Shown here piece by piece: positions 18,010-27,395 of a DNA stretch of 64,000 nt. Location of the stretch: the NCBI GenBank assembly GCA_016188865.1, contig JACPGX010000001.1:141197-205196 (forward strand). The letters run 5' to 3'. Positions within the stretch are counted from its first letter, which is position 1, and every line of letters starts with the position of its first letter. Source of the DNA: Candidatus Nealsonbacteria bacterium (GTDB taxonomy: Bacteria > Patescibacteriota > Minisyncoccia > Minisyncoccales > MHMH01). The position numbers and the translations under genes were made by a program. The notes under the pieces were generated by a model. The model was not told the DNA's origin. It ran no database searches and worked only from the letters and a program-made list of their open reading frames with translations.

Positions 18010-19752
18010 TTAAGACCCGAGGTTAAACAAGTAAACTTTAATTTTGTTTTCCTTGTCCTCGTAGGTCTCTTTTAAAAACGGGTATTTATCCAAAGCCCAC
18101 TCGGGCTCTTTTTTCATATCCCAGACAGCGTATTTTATGCTAAATCTTTGGAATAATGCTTGAACCGGAATATTGTAAAGAGCCCTGTAATATTCAATAA
18201 GAGGATAAAAAGCTTCATCGGGGGCGTTTTCCCACTCTCCGAATTTTTGACGGTAATACTCTCCGAAAATTTTCCAGGAAACGAAGCCTCTTTCTCCTGT
18301 TAAAAATATTTTTGAGGCGTCATCTGGCTTTACTCCCTGCAAACGATATTTTAAAAACATTCTCTCGACTAGCTCCTGCCGAGGAACTAAATATTGATTA
18401 ACCCACTTAGAATCGTAAGCATTAAGCGAAGTATAGATGGGAATTAAAACAGAAAAATTGCCGTTTGCTAAAACGACCTCTTCTTTTTTGGCATTTTTAT
18501 CGAGCCAACCCAGAACTGGCCCGTATTTCTGCCTATAAACGATGGAATCATAATCCTGTCCGAGGGTGTAAAAATAATCGATAAAACTCGTGGTAATGCC
18601 GTTTAAAATAAAAGCTGATATGATTGTCCCGGCTGCTAATTTTTTAAAAAATCCGGATGATGTTATCTTTTCCAGCAAATAGAAAAAGATGATGGTCATA
18701 AAAATTAAAGACAAGGGCTTGGAATAATACCAATGGTAATGGTCGTTAATGAGCACCTTGCCCGTAATAATCTGCTGATTCAGGGCTATCAATGGAGAAG
18801 CCAACAAAGCTGCGCAAAATACGTATCTTTTCTTCCAAGCTCGGGGGAAAATAACCAAAAAAACAAGAAATACCGCGGGAATCAGTAGGGCCTGGGTTGG
18901 CTTGTGACTCTCAATAAGGCCCATTCGTCCGGCCGACTCAAAGTATTCGGGGTATTGCATCGATTGGAGGGTGTTTAGAAAATAGGGAATTGCCACTAGC
19001 AGGGATACGGCTGCCACCAAGAGAATCTTTCTAAGGTCTGCCCAGTCTTTCCTAAACAGAAGAAACAGTCCAAATATTCCCATAAAAGCGTAGATCAAAC
19101 TCCAGGTATAGAAGAAGACGTAAAACGACATGCCCAGCAATATACCGCTTATAATACCGAAAATCTTTCTTTCCCTAATTAAAAATAGCCACAAAAACAA
19201 AAGGGAGCTGAAAAACAAAAGAGAACTGATTTGAGGAATAACCGGCCTGGCATAGCCCAAGGACTGGTAAGGAACGATATCTCCTTTGAGCAGATTAAGA
19301 ATAAAAGGACGGGAAAAAACATTGTCAGTAAGCAATAAACCCAATGGAGCAATCAAAGCAACGTATTTCTTTTTAACCAAAAGATAAACAAGTCCGTAAA
19401 CTGACAAGAAAATCAAAGACGGAAAAATAATCCGCGATAAAACAATGGTATCGTTTATGCCCAAGCCAAAAATCTTTCCCGGGAAAGCTGTTATGATTTC
19501 ACCTAAAGGCGGCTGGATATAGGGCCTGTCTTTATATTCTGCAAGCCAAACATTGCCCAAAAAAGCGTGCCCGTCTCTTACTTCCTGAATTCTTCCCCAA
19601 TAGAAATGCTCTGCTCCAGTAAGAGGCATGTCGATCCCCTGATAAGAATCATCGGAGCGAAAATATAATTGGGGGAAGACGATAATCAAGCCTGCTAAAA
19701 ACGCCAGAATAACCGCCCATTTGTGATTTTTTAATATGGTTATTATTTTCAT
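18010..19752 (-). CDS. Large polytopic membrane protein with C-terminal soluble domain (GT-C-like glycosyltransferase/polymerase candidate)
   Basis: 580 aa. There are more than 10 hydrophobic segments in the first ~400 aa, followed by a hydrophilic ~180-aa tail. It sits in a glycan operon. Confidence 0.45.
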   Translation of the reverse strand: MKIITILKNHKWAVILAFLAGLIIVFPQLYFRSDDSYQGIDMPLTGAEHFYWGRIQEVRDGHAFLGNVWLAEYKDRPYIQPPLGEIITAFPGKIFGLGINDTIVLSRIIFPSLIFLSVYGLVYLLVKKKYVALIAPLGLLLTDNVFSRPFILNLLKGDIVPYQSLGYARPVIPQISSLLFFSSLLFLWLFLIRERKIFGIISGILLGMSFYVFFYTWSLIYAFMGIFGLFLLFRKDWADLRKILLVAAVSLLVAIPYFLNTLQSMQYPEYFESAGRMGLIESHKPTQALLIPAVFLVFLVIFPRAWKKRYVFCAALLASPLIALNQQIITGKVLINDHYHWYYSKPLSLIFMTIIFFYLLEKITSSGFFKKLAAGTIISAFILNGITTSFIDYFYTLGQDYDSIVYRQKYGPVLGWLDKNAKKEEVVLANGNFSVLIPIYTSLNAYDSKWVNQYLVPRQELVERMFLKYRLQGVKPDDASKIFLTGERGFVSWKIFGEYYRQKFGEWENAPDEAFYPLIEYYRALYNIPVQALFQRFSIKYAVWDMKKEPEWALDKYPFLKETYEDKENKIKVYLFNLGS

Positions 19753-20381
19753 AATTTTTCACAAATCAATATAATATCAGGAAAAGGAAGGTCTTTTTGC
19801 GCTTTAGCTATCGCAACCCTAAAGCCGAAGTCCTCAAGAGTTTTTTTCCATTCAAAAGCTGAACGATAATAAAGGGGTTTCCCAATGTTCAACGAAGTAT
19901 CAACCAACAGGGAACAAAAGTATTTCCAACGGGGAAAATTATCCGCATCTTGAATTACCAATGTTCCGTCAGAAGCAAGTTTTTCATAAATAATCTTAAA
20001 AAGATTTTTAGAAACGGCCAAGGGGATATGGTGCAGAAAATCGGTCATTACCGCTCCCCGGCAGGATCCCGGGGCCACATCTTTTATGTCTTGGCTGAAG
20101 AACTGAATATTTTTTCTATCGCCTATACTTAATTTTGCGACGGCAATTCTTTCGGCAGAACCATCAATGCCCAGAACCTCTCTTTCTTTTGATTTTAAGG
20201 CCATCAAATTAGCCAGAATGCCGTAGCCGCAACCCAAATCCAAAATTTTGCCTTTTCGAGGAACATACTTTTCAACTTCTTCAAAAGGACAAAGCCGCCA
20301 CCTTAATTTCACGTATAATTTCTGCCTCAAGTTAGCCTTATCATAAAGGTTTTCCAAATCTTTTGGTATGGGGCCTATCAT
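19749..20381 (-). CDS. Class I SAM-dependent methyltransferase
   Basis: Motif I in KILDLGCGYGILANLMA; DFLHHI lies downstream. Confidence 0.7.
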   Translation of the reverse strand: MIGPIPKDLENLYDKANLRQKLYVKLRWRLCPFEEVEKYVPRKGKILDLGCGYGILANLMALKSKEREVLGIDGSAERIAVAKLSIGDRKNIQFFSQDIKDVAPGSCRGAVMTDFLHHIPLAVSKNLFKIIYEKLASDGTLVIQDADNFPRWKYFCSLLVDTSLNIGKPLYYRSAFEWKKTLEDFGFRVAIAKAQKDLPFPDIILICEKL

Positions 20382-20384
20382 ATT

Positions 20385-21812
20385 TTAAGTTAACCTCTTT
20401 ATAATCAACCACTTGATAAATTCTATCCCAGTTTTGAACCAATAGCGAGCTTCTTCTAAATTTCTGATTTTGGAAAGCATATGAATAATATAATCTGGCC
20501 TAAGATAAAAAGAGCGGGTAATTTTTCTTTGCAGATCCATAAGCTGTTTTGGCGTGAAATGCTCCGTCCGCCAATAAGGCAGCTTGTCGAGCATAACGAA
20601 CTTTTCCCAATCTTCCGTAAAAATATAACCTCTCTCTTTCATAAGATTGTAAACTTCTGTGCCGGGATATGGGACCACCCAATTAACGGCGATCAAATCC
20701 GGTTTAATTTCTTTAATCAAATCAACGGTTTCCTCCACATCTTTTATGGTTTCTGAAGGATGGCTGCCGATGATAAACGTTCCTTCAATATATTTAAAAC
20801 CAGCCTGCCTCGCCCACTTAAAGGCATTTTTCACCTGTTCCACTGTAATGTTTTTCTTGATCGATTCCAATATCCTCGGACTGCCCGACTCCACTCCGAA
20901 AACTATTTTTTTGCATCCGGTTTTAACCATCAATTTAAGAAGCTCGGGAGAAACGGTATTGACCCTGGCTCCTTCGCAATGCCATGATTTAACTCCCAGT
21001 TTTTGAAGCCCTTGGCAAATTTTAGCCGCCCTATCTTGATTAATGGTGAAAGTATCATCGCCAATTGCAATGTGGTTAAAATGATATTTATTCAAACATT
21101 CTTCAGCTTCAGCTAAAACATTTTCCGGACTTCGCAAGCGCACCCTTAAACCATTAATTACTTTGCTCGCGCAAAAGATGCAAGCAAAGGGACATCCCCG
21201 GGAAGTAAAAATCTGGGTATTTCTCAAACGATTGCTTATTCCACGAGAAATATGGCCCTTGCGTTTCAAATTAAGGTTGAACAAATTGCGGCTGGGAAAA
21301 GGAAGCTCGTCCAAATTTTCAATTAAAATCCTTCTTTGTTCTTCCTTGATGCCATCGTGGCTCCTCCAAACTAAACCCTTGATTCCCTGCCAGCCTTTAT
21401 TATTTTCTACAGCCCGACAAACCTCCAAAAGGGTTTCCTCGCCCTCCCCCACTGCTGCCAAATCAAAATAAGGAAATTCCTCCAAAGTTCCCTTAGGAAA
21501 AGCCGCAGAATGAGGACCGCCAACTATAGTAATTATTGAAGGAAAATTTTCTTTTACTATTCTCGCCAGTTTGTGACCGATCACAATGGTGGGCGTAAAG
21601 CAGCTGAAGCCAATTATTGCAGGACTTAAAGTCCTTATTCTACTGATAAAACTTTCCGAAAAAAACTGCTCCGCTTCGTAATCCCAGAGTTCTACGGAGT
21701 AACCTTTTTTAATTAAGAAAGCTGCTAAATATCCCAAATTCATCGGGGCGGCATGAGAAAGTATGGAAACCCCTCCTCTCGGGTCAGGCGGCCTAATTAA
21801 AACAATTTTCAT
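20385..21812 (-). CDS. Radical SAM enzyme with cobalamin-binding-type N-terminal domain (class B-like)
   Basis: CxxxCxxC in SRGCPFACIFCAS. The N-terminal MKIVLIRPP...IIGFSCFTP...IVGGPH region is B12-binding-like. Confidence 0.75.
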   Translation of the reverse strand: MKIVLIRPPDPRGGVSILSHAAPMNLGYLAAFLIKKGYSVELWDYEAEQFFSESFISRIRTLSPAIIGFSCFTPTIVIGHKLARIVKENFPSIITIVGGPHSAAFPKGTLEEFPYFDLAAVGEGEETLLEVCRAVENNKGWQGIKGLVWRSHDGIKEEQRRILIENLDELPFPSRNLFNLNLKRKGHISRGISNRLRNTQIFTSRGCPFACIFCASKVINGLRVRLRSPENVLAEAEECLNKYHFNHIAIGDDTFTINQDRAAKICQGLQKLGVKSWHCEGARVNTVSPELLKLMVKTGCKKIVFGVESGSPRILESIKKNITVEQVKNAFKWARQAGFKYIEGTFIIGSHPSETIKDVEETVDLIKEIKPDLIAVNWVVPYPGTEVYNLMKERGYIFTEDWEKFVMLDKLPYWRTEHFTPKQLMDLQRKITRSFYLRPDYIIHMLSKIRNLEEARYWFKTGIEFIKWLIIKRLT

Positions 21813-21814
21813 AA

Positions 21815-22840
21815 TTAATGCATTTCAATTTTGCCATCTTTGGTTTTAATGGGCACCAACCTCATGTCTTTCTGTTTTTCCCACCAACTTTCATTATTCT
21901 TGTACCACTCGATGGTCTTTTTCAAGCCATCCTTAAAGGGTATTTCTGCCTGAAAACCGAGCAATTCTTTAGCTTTTTGGGTAGAAGCCAAATGTCTGGC
22001 AACTTGACCGGGCCGGTCACTGATGTATTCAATCAAGGTTTCTGGTTTGCCCAAATTCTCTAAAACCATTTTAGCTATTTCAATATTGCTCAAATCTTTT
22101 CCGTAGGCAATATTAATAATTTCAAACTTAATCTTTTCTAAATCGGCGTGAAGGGCCCTATCAATGGCCCGGCAAGTATCCTCTACGAAAATCCAATCAC
22201 GCAAATATTCACCTCTGCCATGAATGGTTAAGGGTTCATTTTTTAAGGCAGAGGTAATGAATCTGGGAATAACTTTTTCCAAGTGCTGATTGTAGCCGTA
22301 ATTATTAAAAGGCCTTAAAATTATCGCTGGAATTTCGTAAGTTAGCATGTAAGAACGCACCAAACGATCGGCTCCTGCCTTGGCTGCGGCATATGGGCTT
22401 CTGGGTTCTAGGGGATGGCCTTCAGTCATCGGCGCCTCGCGAGAGGTGCCGTAAACCTCTGAACTGGAAATATGAATAAAACGTTCAATATTTTTATTAG
22501 CTACCACCGCATTGCTTATAACTTGGGTGCCAATGACATCTGTTTCAAAAAACTTGGAATCGTCGAAAATAGAGCGGGAAACATGCGTTTCTGCAGCCAA
22601 ATGCACGATTGCATCGGCTCTTTTAGCCAGCTGATTTACAATAGCCGGATCACAGACATTTCCGTGCCAAAACTCGTATCTGTCGCTCTTTTTTATCTCC
22701 TCAGGAATATTATCCAAAGTTCCGGCATAAGTAAGAGCATCCAGAACTATAAAGTGATATTCAGGATATTTATTGAAAAGAAGTTTTAACAAGTTGCTGC
22801 CGATGAAACCGGCCGCTCCCGTAATTAAAATAGTCCTCAT
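21815..22840 (-). CDS. rfbB: NDP-glucose (dTDP-glucose-type) 4,6-dehydratase
   Basis: ILITGAAGFIGSNL, LDALTYAGTLDNI, HLAAETHVSRS, YAAAKAGADRLVRSY and RPFNNYGYNQHLEKVIPRF closely follow the RmlB pattern. The start is moved to the ATG at 22840, 1 nt after the upstream stop. Confidence 0.8.
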   Translation of the reverse strand: MRTILITGAAGFIGSNLLKLLFNKYPEYHFIVLDALTYAGTLDNIPEEIKKSDRYEFWHGNVCDPAIVNQLAKRADAIVHLAAETHVSRSIFDDSKFFETDVIGTQVISNAVVANKNIERFIHISSSEVYGTSREAPMTEGHPLEPRSPYAAAKAGADRLVRSYMLTYEIPAIILRPFNNYGYNQHLEKVIPRFITSALKNEPLTIHGRGEYLRDWIFVEDTCRAIDRALHADLEKIKFEIINIAYGKDLSNIEIAKMVLENLGKPETLIEYISDRPGQVARHLASTQKAKELLGFQAEIPFKDGLKKTIEWYKNNESWWEKQKDMRLVPIKTKDGKIEMH

Positions 22841-22841
22841 G

Positions 22842-23774
22842 TTACCAAATTTTTTCCTTAATAATATAAAGCGGCCTTCCCTTGGTTTCAATATAAATCC
22901 TTCCGACATATTCTCCGACGATCCCTAAAATTATAAGCTGGATTCCGCCCAGGAAAAAAACCGCGAGAATTATTGAAAAATATCCCGACGCAGATGAACC
23001 GTGCGCTGTCATGTCCCAAACAAAATATAGGCCCATCAAAAAAGCGATGGCCGAGATGAAAAATCCTATAACGCTTGCTATTTTAAGAAGGCGGTTTGAA
23101 AAAGAAAACGTTGCGTCCAAAGCTAATCTAAAAAGCTTGCCTATGGTATATTTGGATTTTCCGCGGAATCTTGCCTCGTGGGGAACCCAAACAAAAGCTT
23201 GCGGGAAACCTAACCAGTTTATTAAGCCAATAACGTATCTATTTCTTTCCTGGCATTGTCGAAGATTTTCTACAACCCGACGGGCCATTGCCCGAAAAAC
23301 AATCGTGTCTATTTCGGTCTCTTCATCGACTAATCTTCTCATCAAAAAATAGAAGACCCTCGAAATAATTTTTCTAAATAAGGGGTCTTTGCGGCTCATT
23401 CTTTTGCCGCAAACCATATCGTATCCCTCTCCCATTTTATCGAGCAGTTTGGGAATGTCTTCAGGCCGGTCCTGCAGGTCACCATCCATGGTCAGAACGA
23501 TATCACCGGAAGCGAAATCCAAGCCGGCCGAAAAAGCGATGTGCTGGCCGAGATTGCGGGCAAACTGAAGAATCTTTACTGCGTCATCCTTGGCATGTAG
23601 TTCCCTTAAAATCAAGGGAGTCTTATCTTTACTGCCATCGTCAACGAAGATAATCTCGTAAATTTTAGCAGATTTCAAGAGGACAGCCCTGAGGCGTCGA
23701 TACAATTCTTCAACGTTCTCTTCTTCATTATAAACAGGTATTATGACAGATAAATCAATATTTTTTGACTCCAT
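22842..23774 (-). CDS. Family-2 glycosyltransferase with C-terminal TM helices (polyprenyl-phosphate sugar synthase, ArnC/GtrB-like)
   Basis: LSVIIPVYNEEENV, FVDDGSKDKT and MDGDLQDRPEDI (DxD), followed by two C-terminal hydrophobic helices. Confidence 0.75.
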   Translation of the reverse strand: MESKNIDLSVIIPVYNEEENVEELYRRLRAVLLKSAKIYEIIFVDDGSKDKTPLILRELHAKDDAVKILQFARNLGQHIAFSAGLDFASGDIVLTMDGDLQDRPEDIPKLLDKMGEGYDMVCGKRMSRKDPLFRKIISRVFYFLMRRLVDEETEIDTIVFRAMARRVVENLRQCQERNRYVIGLINWLGFPQAFVWVPHEARFRGKSKYTIGKLFRLALDATFSFSNRLLKIASVIGFFISAIAFLMGLYFVWDMTAHGSSASGYFSIILAVFFLGGIQLIILGIVGEYVGRIYIETKGRPLYIIKEKIW

Positions 23775-23797
23775 AAAAATACTATAAAATAAATCTA

Positions 23798-24205
23798 CTA
23801 ATTTTTCAAGCCGGGAGCTGGCCTTTTGAAAAACATCAAAAATATGCCGGAAATTACGACCACAATGCCGAAAACCTGGGGTAGGGACAAATTTTCCTTA
23901 AAAATAAATGAGGAGGCTATGGCCACGAAGATAATCGTACCGCTAATCATCACCGGGTAAACAATATTGAGCTGGGTTCGCGAGAGAATCAAAAGGTATA
24001 AAAGAAAAGTTAAAACCATAAAAAATAATCCTGCTACCAGCCAATAATTGCTGATGATGCGTAAAAATAAAAAAAACGTATTTGACAGAGAAAATTCAAA
24101 GTCTGTCAGATCAAGATTCAAAACTCCCCTCTTCTGTAAAACTTGTCCGCTAGTGGAAAATGAAATTAAAATCAGAACTGACAAAAATTTGGCGATAATA
24201 GACAT
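23798..24205 (-). CDS. Small 4-TM DMT/SMR-like membrane protein (ArnE/ArnF-like flippase subunit candidate)
   Basis: 135 aa with four hydrophobic segments. It is paralogous in layout to 25446-25844. Confidence 0.5.
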   Translation of the reverse strand: MSIIAKFLSVLILISFSTSGQVLQKRGVLNLDLTDFEFSLSNTFFLFLRIISNYWLVAGLFFMVLTFLLYLLILSRTQLNIVYPVMISGTIIFVAIASSFIFKENLSLPQVFGIVVVISGIFLMFFKRPAPGLKN

Positions 24206-24210
24206 TTGAG

Positions 24211-25449
24211 TTAAAAGCCGGACAAATAATAATGAAAATCGTTGTAATTGAAAATCTGATAAATATTAATGCTGGAAATAAGCATTATTATTCCGATAAT
24301 TATTGCCTGAAAAATGCTGGATTTATTCAATCTTTCCATGCCCAGAACGGCCGTTGGATAAATGATGGGAAAAAGCAGAAAGACATGGCGGATGAAGTAA
24401 GCGCCCATGATGAGGCCCAAAAGGAATACGGAGGAAAGAGAACCAAAATAAATCGCATTTTTATGTTTGAAGGGAAGCTTTCGAAAGCCCAAAACCGATA
24501 AAATTACCGGTATCACCAGAAAACTGAAGGTAAGAGCGGTAACAAAATCTGGCAAAACATTAACGAAAATCTGAAAAGTTTTCTGCCAGGGCCAATAAAA
24601 TATTTCAAAAAACCAAACTCCAAAATGCCAATTTTGGACTTCGTTGACAAAATAAGGAATATGCCAAACCTGTCTCACCCATAAATACCACAGAAAAAGT
24701 GGCGCCAAATGAATCATTAAAAAAATAACTCCTTCTTTGCAGCGTTTAAAACAAATTGCCAAAAGTAAAATAAAAATCGACAGGGCAAAAAACATTTTCC
24801 CCAACATGAATATCCCGACAATCAAAGAAAAAAGTACCAGCTTAAAGACCGATGATTTTTGAATGTAATTGTGAAGTAAAAAGCAACTAAGCACAACAAA
24901 GAAAGCCATGAGCATTTCGGCTAATGGTTGATTGATGTAACCGTGAACGTATGGAGAAAAAATCAGCAATAAAGAAGACAACCAAGCCACCTTCAAAGAG
25001 AATAATTTTCGGAGAAGAAAGAAAAACAGAATAACCGTTGCGCTTATTAAGATAAAATTAAGCAGAATGGACAAGCCGAAAATTACGCCATAAGAAGTAG
25101 GAATAAAAAATTTGGTCGGCAGAGAAGCTAAAAAAATCAAAAAGGGATGAAGGGGCCGCTGTAAAAATGGGCTGCCCGCGAAATACTCTTTAGAAAAATT
25201 GCGGCCGAGTTCCAGATAATGGCCGACATCGGAATTCAAACGGTATTGAGGAGAAATCAGAGGATAAATTTTACTTAAAAGAAAATTATCGGAACTTTCA
25301 GACGAAAATTTCTCCAAGTATTGGCTTATCGGCAGCCAAGCTGAAGTCTGGCCGTTAGAGGGAAACAAAAAACTGTAAATTAATTGAAAAATAATAAAAG
25401 AAATCAAAACAAAAAAAACAAACCATTGTTTTTGAAATATATTTGTCAT
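24211..25449 (-). CDS. Polytopic membrane protein, GT-C (ArnT/PMT-like) glycosyltransferase candidate
   Basis: 412 aa with about 10 or more TM segments. The first loop, SDVGHYLELGRNF, resembles the D-x3-Y-x-E loop motif of ArnT/PMT enzymes (from recollection, not verified). Confidence 0.45.
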   Translation of the reverse strand: MTNIFQKQWFVFFVLISFIIFQLIYSFLFPSNGQTSAWLPISQYLEKFSSESSDNFLLSKIYPLISPQYRLNSDVGHYLELGRNFSKEYFAGSPFLQRPLHPFLIFLASLPTKFFIPTSYGVIFGLSILLNFILISATVILFFFLLRKLFSLKVAWLSSLLLIFSPYVHGYINQPLAEMLMAFFVVLSCFLLHNYIQKSSVFKLVLFSLIVGIFMLGKMFFALSIFILLLAICFKRCKEGVIFLMIHLAPLFLWYLWVRQVWHIPYFVNEVQNWHFGVWFFEIFYWPWQKTFQIFVNVLPDFVTALTFSFLVIPVILSVLGFRKLPFKHKNAIYFGSLSSVFLLGLIMGAYFIRHVFLLFPIIYPTAVLGMERLNKSSIFQAIIIGIIMLISSINIYQIFNYNDFHYYLSGF

Positions 25450-25844
25450 TTAATTACTAAAAGTAAAATACCGAAAATTATAATCACGATTCCGGAAATT
25501 TGATAAAAAGTCATTGTTTCTTTCAATAGAAAGCGGGAGGCAAAAAACACTAAAATGACGCTGCCGCTGACTGCGACGGGATAAGCAATATCAAGCTGCA
25601 AATTAGCTAAAGCAAAGATATAAGAGAGAAAACTTATCACGTATAAAATTATACCGGACAGCAGCCAGCGATTTTTTAAAATCCGCGAAATTAAATAAAA
25701 AACATTGGAGAAAGAAATTTCTAAATTTCCCAATCGCAACATTCCCTTTTTTAAAAAAACCTGGGCAGAACTGGACGTTAGAATGGAAACGAGCAGAAAC
25801 AAAAAAGTCATTATCTTAACAAATTGAATTTCATTATGTACCAA
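25446..25844 (-). CDS. Small 4-TM DMT/SMR-like membrane protein (ArnE/ArnF-like flippase subunit candidate)
   Basis: 132 aa with four hydrophobic segments. It overlaps both neighbouring genes. Confidence 0.5.
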   Translation of the reverse strand: MVHNEIQFVKIMTFLFLLVSILTSSSAQVFLKKGMLRLGNLEISFSNVFYLISRILKNRWLLSGIILYVISFLSYIFALANLQLDIAYPVAVSGSVILVFFASRFLLKETMTFYQISGIVIIIFGILLLVIK

Positions 25845-26509
25845 AGCGCGGCTAAGCCGTCTTTGGCGCGCACTTTTTTACCTTCTTTAGCTGTGCGAAG
25901 AATACCCTGAAAAGAAAGAGGGACTTCACAAATTCGATATTTTTTCTTAGCGATAAATGCAGTTAATTCTGGTTCGATTTCAAATCTATTGCCGGTCAAG
26001 TATGGCCCAATTTGCTCGATAACCTCTTTTTTAAAAGCTTTATGGCAGGTAAGCATGTCGGTTAAATGAAATCCTGTAAGTAAATTGGAAAAACCGGTCA
26101 AAACTTTGTTGGCTAAATGATAAAGCCTAGAAAGATGGCGGTATTCCGGATTCAAAAACCTAGATCCAAAAACAACATCCGCCTCGTCTTGCAAGATTGG
26201 CCTTAATAAATTGGGGTAATTTTCCGGGTTATATTCTAAATCGGCATCTTGAATCAAAATTATGTCGCCCGTAACATGGGTAAAACCCGCTCTAATGGCA
26301 GCTCCCTTGCCCTGATTTTTCGGCTGATAAATAATTTTGTATTTACTTTCCAATTTTTTTAAAATATCTCTCGTGCCATCAGTGGAACAGTCGTCAACTA
26401 AAATAATTTCTTTTTTAATTTCTTTTAAATCGATTCTTTCCACTTTTTCCAAAATATCTAAAATTGTATTTTTCTCGTTGAAAATTGGGATAACTATAGA
26501 GAGTACCAT
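25811..26509 (-). CDS. Family-2 glycosyltransferase (dolichyl/polyprenyl-phosphate sugar synthase-like, soluble form)
   Basis: LSIVIPIFNEKNT, LVDDCSTDGT and IQDADLEYNP (DxD). Confidence 0.75.
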   Translation of the reverse strand: MVLSIVIPIFNEKNTILDILEKVERIDLKEIKKEIILVDDCSTDGTRDILKKLESKYKIIYQPKNQGKGAAIRAGFTHVTGDIILIQDADLEYNPENYPNLLRPILQDEADVVFGSRFLNPEYRHLSRLYHLANKVLTGFSNLLTGFHLTDMLTCHKAFKKEVIEQIGPYLTGNRFEIEPELTAFIAKKKYRICEVPLSFQGILRTAKEGKKVRAKDGLAALWYIMKFNLLR

Positions 26510-26513
26510 AATT

Positions 26514-27395
26514 TTATATTATCTTCTTTTCCTTAAATTCCCCTATCACTGATTTTATCCCCTCTTTAATATTAGTCTTGGGATTAAACGATAAAACTTC
26601 TTTTGCTTTTTTAGGGTCGGCATAACACTTATTCGTGCTGTAGGAGGGGCCAGTAATATATTTAATCTTACTTTTGCTTTTTAATTCCTTAACAATTATT
26701 TTAGCTAAATCTTTTAAATAAACTGGCTTGCCGAAAGAGAGAATAAAATCGTCATGCAATTTTTGCGACTTTTCTACTTCTTGCATGCATTTCCAAATGC
26801 CATCTAAAATATCATCTATGTGAGTGAAATCAAATATCTCATGACCTGTCCCATAAATAGTCAGGGTGTCATTTTTTGCGGCTAAAATAATAAATTTTGG
26901 AATTATTCTCTGCAATTTATCGTCTTGCCCCCCATAAACGCTGGTAAAACGGAGAATCCTCGTTTTCAAACCGTAACTTTCTGAATAAGCTCTGCATAAT
27001 TCTTCTCCGGCAAATTTAGTTATTCCATAAATACTCACTGGTTTTCTGGGAGTCTTTTCGGTTATGGGAAGAATTTTAGCTTGACCAAATACCTCTCTAG
27101 AGGAAATGAAAATTACCCAGGGACATCCTGCCTGCCTTGCTGCCTCCAAAATATTAGCGGTTCCCCCTATATTTATATTTACACAACCTAGGGGATTATC
27201 AAAGGTTGATTTTGGCTGACTCATGGCAGCTAAGTGCACGATTCCCGTCGCTCCTTTCATTTTAGATTTTAAATTTTTAAAATTTAGTATATTATCCTTC
27301 TGATCGTAAGAAATTGCTTGAACTCTTTTTTTTTCTAAAAAATTCTTGAGAGAGCTGCCGATAAAGCCGGAACTCCCTGTAAGCAAAATTTTCAT
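26514..27395 (-). CDS. NAD(P)-dependent sugar epimerase/reductase (extended SDR)
   Basis: MKILLTGSSGFIGSSL and YxxxK in YGITKFAGE. Confidence 0.75.
   Translation of the reverse strand: MKILLTGSSGFIGSSLKNFLEKKRVQAISYDQKDNILNFKNLKSKMKGATGIVHLAAMSQPKSTFDNPLGCVNINIGGTANILEAARQAGCPWVIFISSREVFGQAKILPITEKTPRKPVSIYGITKFAGEELCRAYSESYGLKTRILRFTSVYGGQDDKLQRIIPKFIILAAKNDTLTIYGTGHEIFDFTHIDDILDGIWKCMQEVEKSQKLHDDFILSFGKPVYLKDLAKIIVKELKSKSKIKYITGPSYSTNKCYADPKKAKEVLSFNPKTNIKEGIKSVIGEFKEKKII

Noticed and set aside
27310-27318. A9/T9 and several A8/T8 homopolymers lie inside coding regions (for example 27306-27318, 968-978 and 25411-25419) and could act as phase-variation switches.
   Set aside because: A/T runs of this length are expected in Lys/Phe-rich genes of an AT-rich genome. 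Unlike the C8/C9 tracts, they are not compositionally anomalous.
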